In this document: positions 37,589 to 46,885 of the stretch, in pieces | How positions within the stretch are numbered: position 1 is the first letter of the stretch | Layout: each line of letters begins with the position of its first letter | DNA from: Bacteroidota bacterium | GTDB taxonomy: Bacteria > Bacteroidota > Bacteroidia > Chitinophagales > Saprospiraceae | Direction of reading: 5' to 3' | DNA: 64,000 nt | Assembly: GCA_009908745.1 (NCBI GenBank) | Contig: JAAAOU010000364.1 | Location: forward strand, 309-64,308 | Notes under the pieces: generated by a model | Seen by the model: the letters and a program-made list of their open reading frames with translations, nothing else | The model's database searches: none | What the model was told of the DNA's origin: nothing | Made by a program: the position numbers and the translations under genes

Positions 37589-38425
37589 ATGGACGCGCTC
37601 AACCAACAGATCAAAAAATTCTATGATGCTTCCACGCCCATCTGGCTGGATACCTGGGGGGAGCATATGCACCACGGGTACTACGGCGACCGCTTGGACA
37701 AAGACCACCAACAGGCGCAGCTCGATTTGGTAGAAGAGCTGCTGCAGTGGGGCGGGGTAGAACAGGCACAGTCGGTGTTGGATGCCGGCTGTGGTGTAGG
37801 GGGCAGTGCCCGGCTGCTGGCTCAAAAACTCGGTGCCAATCGTGTGTTTGGGTGTACCCTAAGCAGCGTACAGGCGGAACGCGCCGCCCGGTACAACGAA
37901 CTGGCGGGGCTGAGGGAGCGCGTCACTATACAAGCCCGCGACATGATGACCCTAGGCAAAGAAGACGGCCCTTTCGACCTGATCTGGTCGCTGGAAAGCG
38001 CCGAGCACATCGCTGATAAAGCGGCTTTGCTAACGATGTTCTACGAATTGCTGGAGCCTGGCGGCCGCTTGCTGCTGGCTACCTGGTGCCACCGCGAAAC
38101 CCCGCCGCCACTGGCGTATGCGGATCATCGGGTACTGGAAAAACTGCAGCGGCTCTACCACCTGCCGCCGTTCGTCCCCCTGTCGCAACTGCGGCAGCAC
38201 GCTTTGCAAGCCGGCTTTCAGGCGGTAAAAACCGAGGACTGGAGCGAGGCTGTGGCCCCCTTCTGGAAAGCCGTCATTCAATCTGCCCTGCGCCTACAAA
38301 GCATCAAAGGCTTGATGCAAGCCGGCTGGCCGACTATCAAAGGCGCCTGGGCGATGCGGCAGATGACGAAAGGGTACAAGCGGGGGCTCATTAAATTTGG
38401 AGTGCTGCAAGCCATGAAAGTATGA
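37589..38425 (+). CDS. Gamma-tocopherol methyltransferase-like protein (VTE4/Slr0089)
   Basis: FYD.S..W...WGEHMHHGYY, AQLDLVEELL, LDAGCGVGGS, FDLIWSLESAEH, LATWCHR, DWSEAVAPFW..VI.SA, KGYKRGLIKFG. Confidence 0.88.
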   Translation: MDALNQQIKKFYDASTPIWLDTWGEHMHHGYYGDRLDKDHQQAQLDLVEELLQWGGVEQAQSVLDAGCGVGGSARLLAQKLGANRVFGCTLSSVQAERAARYNELAGLRERVTIQARDMMTLGKEDGPFDLIWSLESAEHIADKAALLTMFYELLEPGGRLLLATWCHRETPPPLAYADHRVLEKLQRLYHLPPFVPLSQLRQHALQAGFQAVKTEDWSEAVAPFWKAVIQSALRLQSIKGLMQAGWPTIKGAWAMRQMTKGYKRGLIKFGVLQAMKV

Positions 38426-39324
38426 AGTCATTTTTTATCTCGTTCGCCCGTTTTTCCCGCCCACATACTATTGTGGGGACCACTTTGAGCTTGCTGGCGC
38501 TGTATTTGCTGGCGCTTTCTTACGCAGAAGGCACTTCATGGCATACCGGCTTGTTTGTGGGCTCTTTGCTAAGCTGCCTGGGGGCCAATATCTACATCGT
38601 GGGGCTGAATCAGCTCACAGACATTGACATAGACCGCATCAACAAGCCTTACCTGCCGCTGGCGTCCGGGGATTTTTCCATACGCACCGGCAAGATTATT
38701 ATCGGCGTAGGCTTGGCAATTTCGCTCGTGCTGGCGGTTTGGCTGGGGCGTTACCTGTTGCTAACCGTTGTGCTCAGCCTGTTGCTGGGTACGGCCTATT
38801 CCCTGCCCCCATTCCGGCTCAAGCGCTTCTACTTTTGGGCGGCGTTCTGCATTATCGCCGTGCGGGGCCTGATTGTCAACTTGCTATTGTTCCTGCATTT
38901 TCACTGGCAGATCAACGGCGGTACCCGGATCACGCCGACCGTAGCCTGGCTGACCTTTTCCATTTTCGTCTTTGGCTTGATCATCGCCTGGTTCAAGGAC
39001 ATGCCGGATACGGAAGGTGATCAGGCCTTTGCGATAGAGACCCTTTCCATAAAGTTAGGCGTGCGGCGGGTGTTTCTGATTGGCAATGGGCTGCTCAGCT
39101 TCTTGTTTTTGCTGTTAGCCCTGCTGCCGCTTGCGGTAGAGATGCAGGCACACCCGTGGGTATTCAGCTTGGGCCATTTGGGGATGCTGGGGTTCTTGTG
39201 GTGGTCTATTGGCCGGGTAGACTTAGGGCAACAAGCTTCTATTGCGCGGTATTACCAGTCGATTTGGCTGCTTTTCTTTGTGGAATACGGCTTGTTTGCG
39301 CTGGCGGGCTTGCTACACAGCTAA
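38422..39324 (+). CDS. Homogentisate phytyltransferase-like UbiA-family prenyltransferase (VTE2/Slr1736)
   Basis: FSRPHTIVGT, NIYIVGLNQLTDIDIDRINKPYLPLASG, AYSLPPFRLKR, VRGLIVN, FKDMPDTEGD...IETL; about 9 transmembrane helices; ATGA overlap with the upstream gene. Confidence 0.92.
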   Translation: MKSFFISFARFSRPHTIVGTTLSLLALYLLALSYAEGTSWHTGLFVGSLLSCLGANIYIVGLNQLTDIDIDRINKPYLPLASGDFSIRTGKIIIGVGLAISLVLAVWLGRYLLLTVVLSLLLGTAYSLPPFRLKRFYFWAAFCIIAVRGLIVNLLLFLHFHWQINGGTRITPTVAWLTFSIFVFGLIIAWFKDMPDTEGDQAFAIETLSIKLGVRRVFLIGNGLLSFLFLLLALLPLAVEMQAHPWVFSLGHLGMLGFLWWSIGRVDLGQQASIARYYQSIWLLFFVEYGLFALAGLLHS

Positions 39325-39494
39325 AACAGCTGGGCATAAGCGCACAGAATTTCCTATTTTTGGGCTATAATTGTAAGCATGTACTCCTCCGGTGCCCTTG
39401 GCTTGGCTACAAATTTGTTCAGCTTCCCCTAAGATAGCACAATAAAAAGGAGCAATTGGGAGATTACTATTATTGGACTAAAACAGAATATACC

Positions 39495-40130
39495 ATGAGA
39501 ATGCTATTGCTAATAGCCGGTTTGCTATGCTTTACCGCTGGCGTGAGCCCGCTTCAAGCCCAAGAGCTTTCCCGGGATGAGAAGAGAGAATGGAAGCGTA
39601 AAGCCAAAGACTTCAAGCGCAACCCGGCGGCCCTAAAAGACTTGGTGGAAGAAAAAGACCGTTACAAGCGCGAGGCGCAGGAGCTGTCTAGCCAAATCAA
39701 TGAACTGGAGGTGGAGAAGACCAACCGCCGTTCGCGCATTGCTCAACTGGAGCGCGAGCTGACGCGCCTGCAAAACAGCTTGGCGGAAACCCAATCCGCG
39801 CTTGACCGGGCGGAAAGCAGCGAGGGGCCACAATCGCCGCCGCGGCCTGTTACCTCCGACGACATGTCCGGTATTGTGTTCCGGGTACAGATCGGTGCCT
39901 TCAGCGAACTGGGCATGCCCGCTGACCTTGATGGAGAAGGGGATAATATGGATATAGAGGAAGAGGGCGGCATGCAGAAGATCATTATCGGCAAATTCCG
40001 GGATATTGACCGCGCCGATATGGTGCGCAGCTACATGCAGAAAATCGGTATACCCGATGCATGGGTAGTCGCCTATCAGGATGGTGCGCGGGTGCCTGTG
40101 GAAAGTGTCGTTCCCGGATACGGGCAGTAG
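39495..40130 (+). CDS. Exported coiled-coil protein with a C-terminal SPOR-like domain
   Basis: Signal peptide from ATG 39495, long coiled coil, GIVFRVQIGAF...GIPDAWVVAYQDG.R. Confidence 0.8.
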   Translation: MRMLLLIAGLLCFTAGVSPLQAQELSRDEKREWKRKAKDFKRNPAALKDLVEEKDRYKREAQELSSQINELEVEKTNRRSRIAQLERELTRLQNSLAETQSALDRAESSEGPQSPPRPVTSDDMSGIVFRVQIGAFSELGMPADLDGEGDNMDIEEEGGMQKIIIGKFRDIDRADMVRSYMQKIGIPDAWVVAYQDGARVPVESVVPGYGQ

Positions 40131-40158
40131 CCCCTTCAATGGATTTGGAAGGATATAG

Positions 40159-40192
40159 GCAGGAGCAAGCGATGAGTTGAGTTTGCTCCTGC
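40159..40192. terminator. Hairpin between convergent genes (possible bidirectional terminator)
   Basis: gcaggagcaagc/gtttgctcctgc, 12-bp stem; weak U-tracts. Confidence 0.5.
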
Positions 40193-40283
40193 TTGCTACG
40201 TTTTGAGAAGCAATGACATAGCTTTGGCAATCAAATTTCTATGAACTGCGAATTGGCAGGCTTTGCTTCCTGTTAGGCTACTC

Positions 40284-41525
40284 CTACCGTTTTCCCTTTC
40301 TTCTGCCTTTTCCGGAACGTTTTTTCCCACCCTTACCTCGTCCCCGGTAGCCACCACCGCCTCTGCGGCCTTTCGGCTTCGGCGTAGCGTCTTTCAGCTC
40401 CTCGGGCAAAGGCAGGCGCTGTACTTTGCGCTCAATCAAGTCTTCAATTTTTCGAAAGCGGTAGGCATCCTCGGCGTTGACGTATGTGAATGCCATGCCG
40501 GAAGCCTCGGCGCGTGCGGTACGGCCAATGCGGTGCACATAATCTTCCGCATCCCCCGGTACGTCAAAATTGATTACCGCATCGATGCCTTTGACGTCAA
40601 TACCCCGTGAGATAACATCTGTAGCGACAATGACCGGGGTTTTACCAGACTTAAAGGCATGCAATTGCTCCTCGCGCTCGTCCTGCGAGAGATCAGAGTG
40701 TATGGCCCCTACGCTCATACCCTTTTGTTTCAGGGATTGGGCCAATTCTTTGACTGTTCTTTTCCGCCCGGCGAAAATGATGACGCGCTCTAGTCGCTGA
40801 TTGGCCTCCAGCACCTTTTGCGTCAAGCGTATTTTGGCGCTGTCGTCCACTTCGTAGGCCAGCTGCAGTATATTTTCGGCCGGCTTGGAAATGGCGATGT
40901 TGATCTCCGCAATCGGCTCGTTGAGAATCTGCTTGGCAAATTTCCGGATTTGCGACGGCATGGTTGCGGAAAATAATAGCGTTTGCCGTTCGCGCGGCAG
41001 TTTGTGGACGATATTCATGATGGCCGGCGCAAAGCCCATGTCGAGCATGCGGTCCGCTTCGTCGAGGATGAGGAATCGCAGGGCGTCAAAGTTGACATAC
41101 CCCATATCCAGGTGGGAAGTCAAGCGCCCCGGTGTGGCCACGATGATGCTTGCGCCCCGCTTCAGTGCCCGTCTTTCCTGCTCCATAGCGTGGCCGTCCC
41201 GGCCGCCGTAGATAGCGATGGAGCTGACGTTGGTGAAATAGGAAAGCGCTTCAAGTTCTCTATCCACTTGCTGGGCGAGCTCTCGGGTAGGCTCTATGAT
41301 GAGCACTTGCACCGCCTCTTCGTTGGGGTTTTTAGACAGGTCATTGAGCATGGGCAGCAGAAAGGCAGCGGTTTTGCCGGTCCCGGTCTGCGCACAAGCG
41401 AGTACGTCTTTGCCCTCCATGATGGGTGGAATGGCTTGCTCCTGTACGGGGGTGGCTTTCTCAAAACCCATAGCGTCTAGCCCTTCTTGCAAGGCTTCTT
41501 CGAATCCAAATTCTGTAAATTTCAA
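40284..41525 (-). CDS. DEAD-box RNA helicase (RhlE-like)
   Basis: ATPVQ, AQTGTGKT, PTRELA, TPGRL, LDEADRM, SAT, RGID, YVHRIGRTAR; G/R/K-rich tail. Probable TTG start at 41525. Confidence 0.95.
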   Translation of the reverse strand: MKFTEFGFEEALQEGLDAMGFEKATPVQEQAIPPIMEGKDVLACAQTGTGKTAAFLLPMLNDLSKNPNEEAVQVLIIEPTRELAQQVDRELEALSYFTNVSSIAIYGGRDGHAMEQERRALKRGASIIVATPGRLTSHLDMGYVNFDALRFLILDEADRMLDMGFAPAIMNIVHKLPRERQTLLFSATMPSQIRKFAKQILNEPIAEINIAISKPAENILQLAYEVDDSAKIRLTQKVLEANQRLERVIIFAGRKRTVKELAQSLKQKGMSVGAIHSDLSQDEREEQLHAFKSGKTPVIVATDVISRGIDVKGIDAVINFDVPGDAEDYVHRIGRTARAEASGMAFTYVNAEDAYRFRKIEDLIERKVQRLPLPEELKDATPKPKGRRGGGGYRGRGKGGKKRSGKGRRKGKR

Positions 41526-41668
41526 GGTCTTTCTGTTTTCAATCTTTTCAAATCTTGAGGGCGCGCCTGCGAAGATAAGCCTTTTTTCGTAAGTGGCCTG
41601 TAAATAAAGGTATTGCATGCCCATTATTCCGCCATGAACACCTTGGCCCCTTTCTCCATTTTCTTACC

Positions 41669-42178
41669 ATGAAGCATACGATGACCGTTTCCGACCGACT
41701 TGAAGCGCTGCTGCGGCAGGGCGCTATTTTGCATACACCAGCCGGGCACTACCCCTTGGCGTACGCCTGGCACGCGCCGGACTGGTCCGCTTTGTTGCTG
41801 CTCTACATCGACGAGGGCCAGCTGGTGGAATGGCGGCTGTCCCCTACGGTTTATGATTACGATGCAGCTACGCGTAAGCTTTACGTGGCTTACTCGCCAA
41901 CGGATTATGTGCAGATTCGGCCGGGCGATGCTGCTGAGCAGCGTACTGTCCGGATCCATTGCTTCAAAAATCAGGTAGAGGCGATGCGCGTGGACGCAGC
42001 GGATGTTGCCCTTGTTCTTAGTACAGTAGACCCAGGCAGTGCTGCCGACCAGCATGTGGAAGAGTGGTTGCAACAAATGGACTTGCGTCAGTTAGGGGCT
42101 GGCTTGTTATTGCTCAAGCGCTGGTCAAGCTCTGGTGCGCAGTGGAAAGCTTGGCTGAGAAGCACAAACCCGGAGTAA
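41669..42178 (+). CDS. Hypothetical protein
   Basis: 169-aa ATG-initiated ORF filling the gap between the divergent helicase and AIM24; no family recognised. Confidence 0.6.
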   Translation: MKHTMTVSDRLEALLRQGAILHTPAGHYPLAYAWHAPDWSALLLLYIDEGQLVEWRLSPTVYDYDAATRKLYVAYSPTDYVQIRPGDAAEQRTVRIHCFKNQVEAMRVDAADVALVLSTVDPGSAADQHVEEWLQQMDLRQLGAGLLLLKRWSSSGAQWKAWLRSTNPE

Positions 42179-42267
42179 CTCTAAGTTCATCGAGCTTTCA
42201 TCCAAAAAAAGCGGCGTTTAGCCCGACAAAGACGTATCTTATAGCCTCAAAATAAATCATACTACCA

Positions 42268-43071
42268 ATGAACGCACATGAAATCGACTATCAGATCTAC
42301 GGCGAGGAAATGCAGTTTGTAGAAATTGAGCTTGACCCTTTTGAGACCGTCATCGCCGAGGCGGGCAGTTTTATGATGATGGATGATGATATTGAGCTGG
42401 CTACGATCTTCGGGGACGGCAGCCACCGGGAGCAGAATGCGGGGCTGTGGGGCAAGGTGTTTTCGGCTGGCAAACGCTTGCTGACCGGCGAAAGCTTGTT
42501 CATGACGGCCTTCACGCACGGCGGTAGCGGGAAAAGGAAGGTCTCATTTGCTTCTCCCTATCCGGGCCGTATTATCCCGTTGGACTTGCAGGAGTACGAA
42601 GGCAAGATCATCTGCCAAAAAGACGCGTTTCTCTGCGCGGCCAAGGGCGTTGCTGTAGGTATAGAGTTTTCTAAGCGGCTGGGCCGTGGCTTTTTCGGCG
42701 GCGAAGGCTTTATCATGCAAAAGCTAGAAGGAGACGGCCTGACTTTCCTGCACGCCGGCGGGACGGTAATGCGCAAAGAACTCGCTATAGGAGAGACTAT
42801 GCGGGTAGATACCGGCTGCTTGGTCGGCTTCACCCAAGACGTGGACTACGACATCGAGATGATCAAAGGCGTACGCAATATGCTGTTTGGAGGCGAGGGG
42901 TTATTCTATGCATTGCTGCAAGGGCCGGGTACCGTGTGGGTACAATCACTTCCATTCAGCCGCTTGGCGGACCGCGTGATGGCCGCTTCGAGGCAGTACG
43001 GCGGCAAGAACAAAGGAGAAGGCAGCGTACTCGGCGGCTTGGGGGATATGCTCGACGGCGATAACTGGTAA
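42268..43071 (+). CDS. TIGR00266/AIM24 family protein
   Basis: [24 protein letters not shown]...[42 protein letters not shown]. Confidence 0.93.
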   Translation: MNAHEIDYQIYGEEMQFVEIELDPFETVIAEAGSFMMMDDDIELATIFGDGSHREQNAGLWGKVFSAGKRLLTGESLFMTAFTHGGSGKRKVSFASPYPGRIIPLDLQEYEGKIICQKDAFLCAAKGVAVGIEFSKRLGRGFFGGEGFIMQKLEGDGLTFLHAGGTVMRKELAIGETMRVDTGCLVGFTQDVDYDIEMIKGVRNMLFGGEGLFYALLQGPGTVWVQSLPFSRLADRVMAASRQYGGKNKGEGSVLGGLGDMLDGDNW

Positions 43072-43502
43072 ATTCCCATACTTTGCCGGGAACAAAAATA
43101 GCGTCACGATGTTAAATGATAGTTTTACTTCTAATCAGGGTGGTTTTTCTTTGACCCTCCTGTAAAATTATCAGTAAGGGCTTGGTACCAACCAAGTGTG
43201 TATCCTTGCCCTCGCATGGTGACTGAGGCTTTTCGGGAGAGGCTCCGTGCCTCTCCGTTTCAGCACTTTGTGGAGTGGTATTCAACTTATGAAGCGATGC
43301 AGATGTTGCTACAGAGACTTCAAAGTCATACTATAGCACCATCAATCTACTGCATGCAAATTCTTATCTACGCTGACTTTTCCAACTTGAAGGTTGACCC
43401 TTTGCACATGAAGGCTACGGCATTACTAGCGTCTAGTAGGCTTAGGTTTACTATACGCCGTGGGGGTACGCCGTTTTTTGCACCATTAAAAGTCGCAGTT
43501 AC

Positions 43503-45134
43503 ATGAAAAAATACTTTCAACACTTAAAAAGTGACCTGCCTGCAAGTATTGTGGTCTTCTTTGTCGCTATTCCGCTATGTCTGGGTATTGCACTAGCTAG
43601 TGGAGCACCGCTGTTTTCAGGTTTAATAGCTGGGATAGTCGGTGGTATCGTGGTCGGTGCCATCAGTGGCTCGGAAGTAGGCGTGAGTGGCCCTGCAGCC
43701 GGACTTACGGCAGTTGTATTAGCAGCTATTGCGAGCTTGGGGGGCTATCAGAATTTCCTTTTGGCCGTTGTATTAGGCGGGGTGATTCAAATCCTTTTCG
43801 GAGTCCTCAGAGCCGGTATAATTGGATACTACTTCCCTTCTTCGGTCATTAAAGGTATGCTTACCGGCATAGGCATTATTATCATCCTCAAGCAAATTCC
43901 GCATTTCTTTGGCTACGATGCCGATCCCGAGGGGGACTTTGCTTTTTTCCAAGTGGACGGGGAAAACACTTTTTCGGAAATATTGGCTTCTGTTAATCAC
44001 ATCAGCCTCGGGCCGACGCTTATCGCGTTGATTGCGCTGGGCATCCTGGTTTTATGGAGTACGGTGCTAGTTAAAAGGGCAAAGATTTTTCAATTGATAC
44101 AAGGGCCTTTGGTTGCCGTAGTCATTGGTGTTGTTTTTTATAACATCGTCAAGGGCACCGAGTTCTTAGGGTTTAATGCGGACCAAATGGTGAGCGTGCC
44201 GGTGCCAGATGACGCTGCATCTTTCTTAGCCCAATTTAGCTTCCCCAATTTCGGTGCCATTACCAATCCAGAAATCTGGGTCGTGGCTTTTACGATTGCG
44301 CTAGTCGCCAGTTTGGAAACGCTCCTGTGCGTGGAGGCCACCGACAAGTTGGATCCAGAAAAAAGAGTGACACCGACGAATAGGGAGCTCTTGGCCCAAG
44401 GCATAGGGAATATGGTTTCGGGCTTGATTGGGGGCCTGCCGATCACTCAAGTTATCGTGCGAAGTTCTGCTAATATACAGTCTGGTGTAAAGACCAAGAT
44501 GTCCGCTATTTTCCACGGCTTTTTATTATTGATCTCCGTCGTTCTCATTCCGCGGCTATTGAATATGATACCACTATCGGTACTGGCAGCCATTCTTTTC
44601 ATTGTAGGTTTTAAATTGGCCAAGCCTTCTCTTTTTAAAACGATGTACGAGTTGGGCTGGAAGCAGTTTGTGCCCTTTATCGTTACCGTTGTAGGCATTG
44701 TATTCACCGATTTGCTCACTGGGCTTGCAATGGGGTTAATGGTTGGTATCGTCGTAGTATTGATCAAGAGTTACCAGAACTCTCACTTCCTTCACATCGA
44801 AGGGGAAGGTATCAATGACAACACCATAAAAATGACCCTTGCGGAGCAGGTAACCTTTTTCAACAAAGGGGCCATCTTAAAGGAATTGGATAACCTGCCG
44901 GAAAACTCCTATTTGGAGCTTGACGTCCGGAACACTCGATATTTGGACAATGATATTATTGAGATATTGGACGACTTCTCCCACAAAGCCGAGCTGAGAA
45001 ACATCACCATTAAACTCATCTCAGAAAGGGGGGTTGTCGAAAACCCGCCAAGTTATTTGGAGTTTTTCAAGCTCACGCCAAAGAAAGAATTGTACAAGAC
45101 AGTAGAGGATACTCAAGATACGACGGGGGAGTAG
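43503..45134 (+). CDS. SulP/SLC26 family anion (sulfate/bicarbonate) transporter with STAS-like tail
   Basis: DLPASIVVFFVAIPLCLGIALASGAP..SG, GPAAGL, ASLETLL...A.DKLDP, NRELLAQG.GN..SG..GG.P.T.VIVRSSAN. Confidence 0.95.
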   Translation: MKKYFQHLKSDLPASIVVFFVAIPLCLGIALASGAPLFSGLIAGIVGGIVVGAISGSEVGVSGPAAGLTAVVLAAIASLGGYQNFLLAVVLGGVIQILFGVLRAGIIGYYFPSSVIKGMLTGIGIIIILKQIPHFFGYDADPEGDFAFFQVDGENTFSEILASVNHISLGPTLIALIALGILVLWSTVLVKRAKIFQLIQGPLVAVVIGVVFYNIVKGTEFLGFNADQMVSVPVPDDAASFLAQFSFPNFGAITNPEIWVVAFTIALVASLETLLCVEATDKLDPEKRVTPTNRELLAQGIGNMVSGLIGGLPITQVIVRSSANIQSGVKTKMSAIFHGFLLLISVVLIPRLLNMIPLSVLAAILFIVGFKLAKPSLFKTMYELGWKQFVPFIVTVVGIVFTDLLTGLAMGLMVGIVVVLIKSYQNSHFLHIEGEGINDNTIKMTLAEQVTFFNKGAILKELDNLPENSYLELDVRNTRYLDNDIIEILDDFSHKAELRNITIKLISERGVVENPPSYLEFFKLTPKKELYKTVEDTQDTTGE

Positions 45135-45199
45135 GAGTAGGCTTATGTTACATACCCTCTTTTCATGGTTGCTTCGCCACAAAGCGCTGCAAGCCGCTA

Positions 45200-45469
45200 T
45201 CAGGGCCGGTTTTTCTTGGCGTCTTGGGATAGGAAAGCAATAGATGCCACCATCGTCAATATACCCGTCACTTTTAGCAACGACCAGAAATGCGGGCTTC
45301 CCGAAACGTAGGTGCGCATCAGAATAGCTCCTAAGGCTACAAAAAACAGCACGGCCATGACACTTCTGACCGCAGGGATGAGCCGTACCTTATTGAGGGG
45401 TAACAGCGCTGACGAATCTTCATTGCTGATTCGAATGTTTCTGGAAGTGGTTTTCGCATCTGCTTGCAT
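45200..45469 (-). CDS. Small hypothetical protein with two transmembrane helices, divergent from LysR
   Basis: 89-aa ORF with two hydrophobic segments. Confidence 0.5.
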   Translation of the reverse strand: MQADAKTTSRNIRISNEDSSALLPLNKVRLIPAVRSVMAVLFFVALGAILMRTYVSGSPHFWSLLKVTGILTMVASIAFLSQDAKKNRP

Positions 45470-45567
45470 GATAAGGCTTTTAAGTTCCGTTAAGTACGAC
45501 GCAAATATGCAGCGTCTAGTTTATATATTTTCATTTATGTTTTTTATGTTTAACATAAACTATATTT

Positions 45568-46482
45568 ATGAAGTATACCTTGCACCAACTGAAGGTGTTT
45601 TTGGAAATCGTGGATGAGGGCAGTATCACCAAGGCTGCTGAATCCCTATTTCTTACCCAACCGGCCGTTTCCATTCAGCTCAAGAAACTCCAAGATCAGT
45701 TTCCGATACCACTAATCGAAATCATTGGAAGGCGGGTTTATGTCACTACTTTTGGAAGAGAGATTGCCGAGGCGGCCCGCAAGATTTTAGAAGAAATCTC
45801 GGCCATCGACCACAAAATCAACCAATACCAAGGAAAGCTTGCGGGCGACCTCACCATTTCTGTCGTGTCCACCGGCAAGTATCTGATGCCTTACTACCTC
45901 TCACATTTTGTCAACACACATCCGGGTATTGACTTTTCCATGGATGTAACCAACAAACTGAAAGTGGTAGAGGACCTAGAAGAAAACCGGGTAGATTTTG
46001 CGCTCGTCTCTGTGCTGCCGGATCATCTGTCGTTGGAGCGGCTTCCCTTGATAAAAAACAGCTTGTATCTAGTAGCTGGCACGGAGCGCGAAAAAAGCCG
46101 GAAAGGCAACAAAGCCCTCATCTTCCAAGAGCAGCCCTTGCTGTTTAGAGAGCGCGGCTCGGCTACGCGAAATGCTATGGAAACGTTTATGCAAAATATA
46201 CACGCTCCCACCCGGAAAAAGATCGTACTGACCTCTAATGAAGCGTTGAAGCAAGCCGTTATTGCCGGCTTGGGCTATTCCATCATGCCGATGATCGGCA
46301 TTCGCAACGCCGTTGATCAAGAGGACATCACAGTCATACCCTACAAGGGCTTGCCCATTCATACCCAATGGAACCTGGTTTGGCTGAAACGAAAAAAGCT
46401 ATCCCCTGTAGCGCTTGCCTTTATCGATTATTTGAACCAAGAGAAGGAAGCCATTAAGGCCAAGTATTTTGACTGGGTATAA
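45568..46482 (+). CDS. LysR-family regulator (CbbR/CmpR-like)
   Basis: YTLHQLKVF...SITKAAE.L.LTQPAVSIQLKKL, ISVVSTGKY..PY, REKGS-like RERGSATR, SNEALKQAVIAGLG.S. Confidence 0.93.
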   Translation: MKYTLHQLKVFLEIVDEGSITKAAESLFLTQPAVSIQLKKLQDQFPIPLIEIIGRRVYVTTFGREIAEAARKILEEISAIDHKINQYQGKLAGDLTISVVSTGKYLMPYYLSHFVNTHPGIDFSMDVTNKLKVVEDLEENRVDFALVSVLPDHLSLERLPLIKNSLYLVAGTEREKSRKGNKALIFQEQPLLFRERGSATRNAMETFMQNIHAPTRKKIVLTSNEALKQAVIAGLGYSIMPMIGIRNAVDQEDITVIPYKGLPIHTQWNLVWLKRKKLSPVALAFIDYLNQEKEAIKAKYFDWV

Positions 46483-46885
46483 ATTCCGGGCGGTTTCCCC
46501 GTTTGTGCAACTTGGGCAGTTTGGCGCCCTTAGATAATTGCTTGGAATTTGTTCTTCTGATTTTCCTTACAGCCTGGCTGATGATAAACAGAAAGTAATT
46601 CGTTATGAATCCTTGTACTTACTGGAAATTTCATTTATCCTTGTTACATGACTGTGCGAGGATGCATAAGGTGACCGCATGACATTAGGGGGGGTAAAAC
46701 GAAGCTACTGGGGGGCGCTGCTGCTAGCTGTGTTCCCGGATTACAGTCTGATCTCCCACGATTTCGCTTCACATCTACTGCATGGTGTGAATGCTGACTT
46801 GGCAGACTATAGCTTTTTCATACTCGATGCCATACTGTTCACCAAAGTTGTTAAATACATACCACACCAACCGAAATAGCACCTT

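Noticed and set aside
37589-38425. Cyanobacterial Sll0418-type MPBQ methyltransferase or sterol C24-methyltransferase
   Set aside because: WGEHMHHGYY, ESxEH, TWCHR and VAPFW match gamma-TMT; from memory Sll0418 has WGDHIHLGHY, EAGPH and DWNQR instead.
38422-39324. Ordinary MenA, UbiA or chlorophyll synthase
   Set aside because: FSRPHT, YIVGLNQLxDxxIDRINKPxLP, YSxPPxRLKR and VRG..VN are HPT-clade features, and the operon context agrees.
36668-39324. Algal or cyanobacterial contamination / chimeric assembly of the VTE genes
   Set aside because: There are no introns or transit peptides, the genes have bacterial ATGA coupling, composition is similar to the flanks, and the junctions with typical Bacteroidota genes are seamless. 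Read-level confirmation is still advisable.
39495-40130. Downstream gene as the missing tocopherol cyclase
   Set aside because: It has a signal peptide, coiled coil and SPOR-like domain, and nothing resembling the beta-rich VTE1 fold.
43198-43506. 102-aa ORF upstream of SulP
   Set aside because: Atypical composition, no recognisable motif and a weak GTG start; likely non-coding leader.
46679-46879. 66-aa ORF upstream of TetR
   Set aside because: No recognisable family and it lies in the probable promoter region; unsupported.
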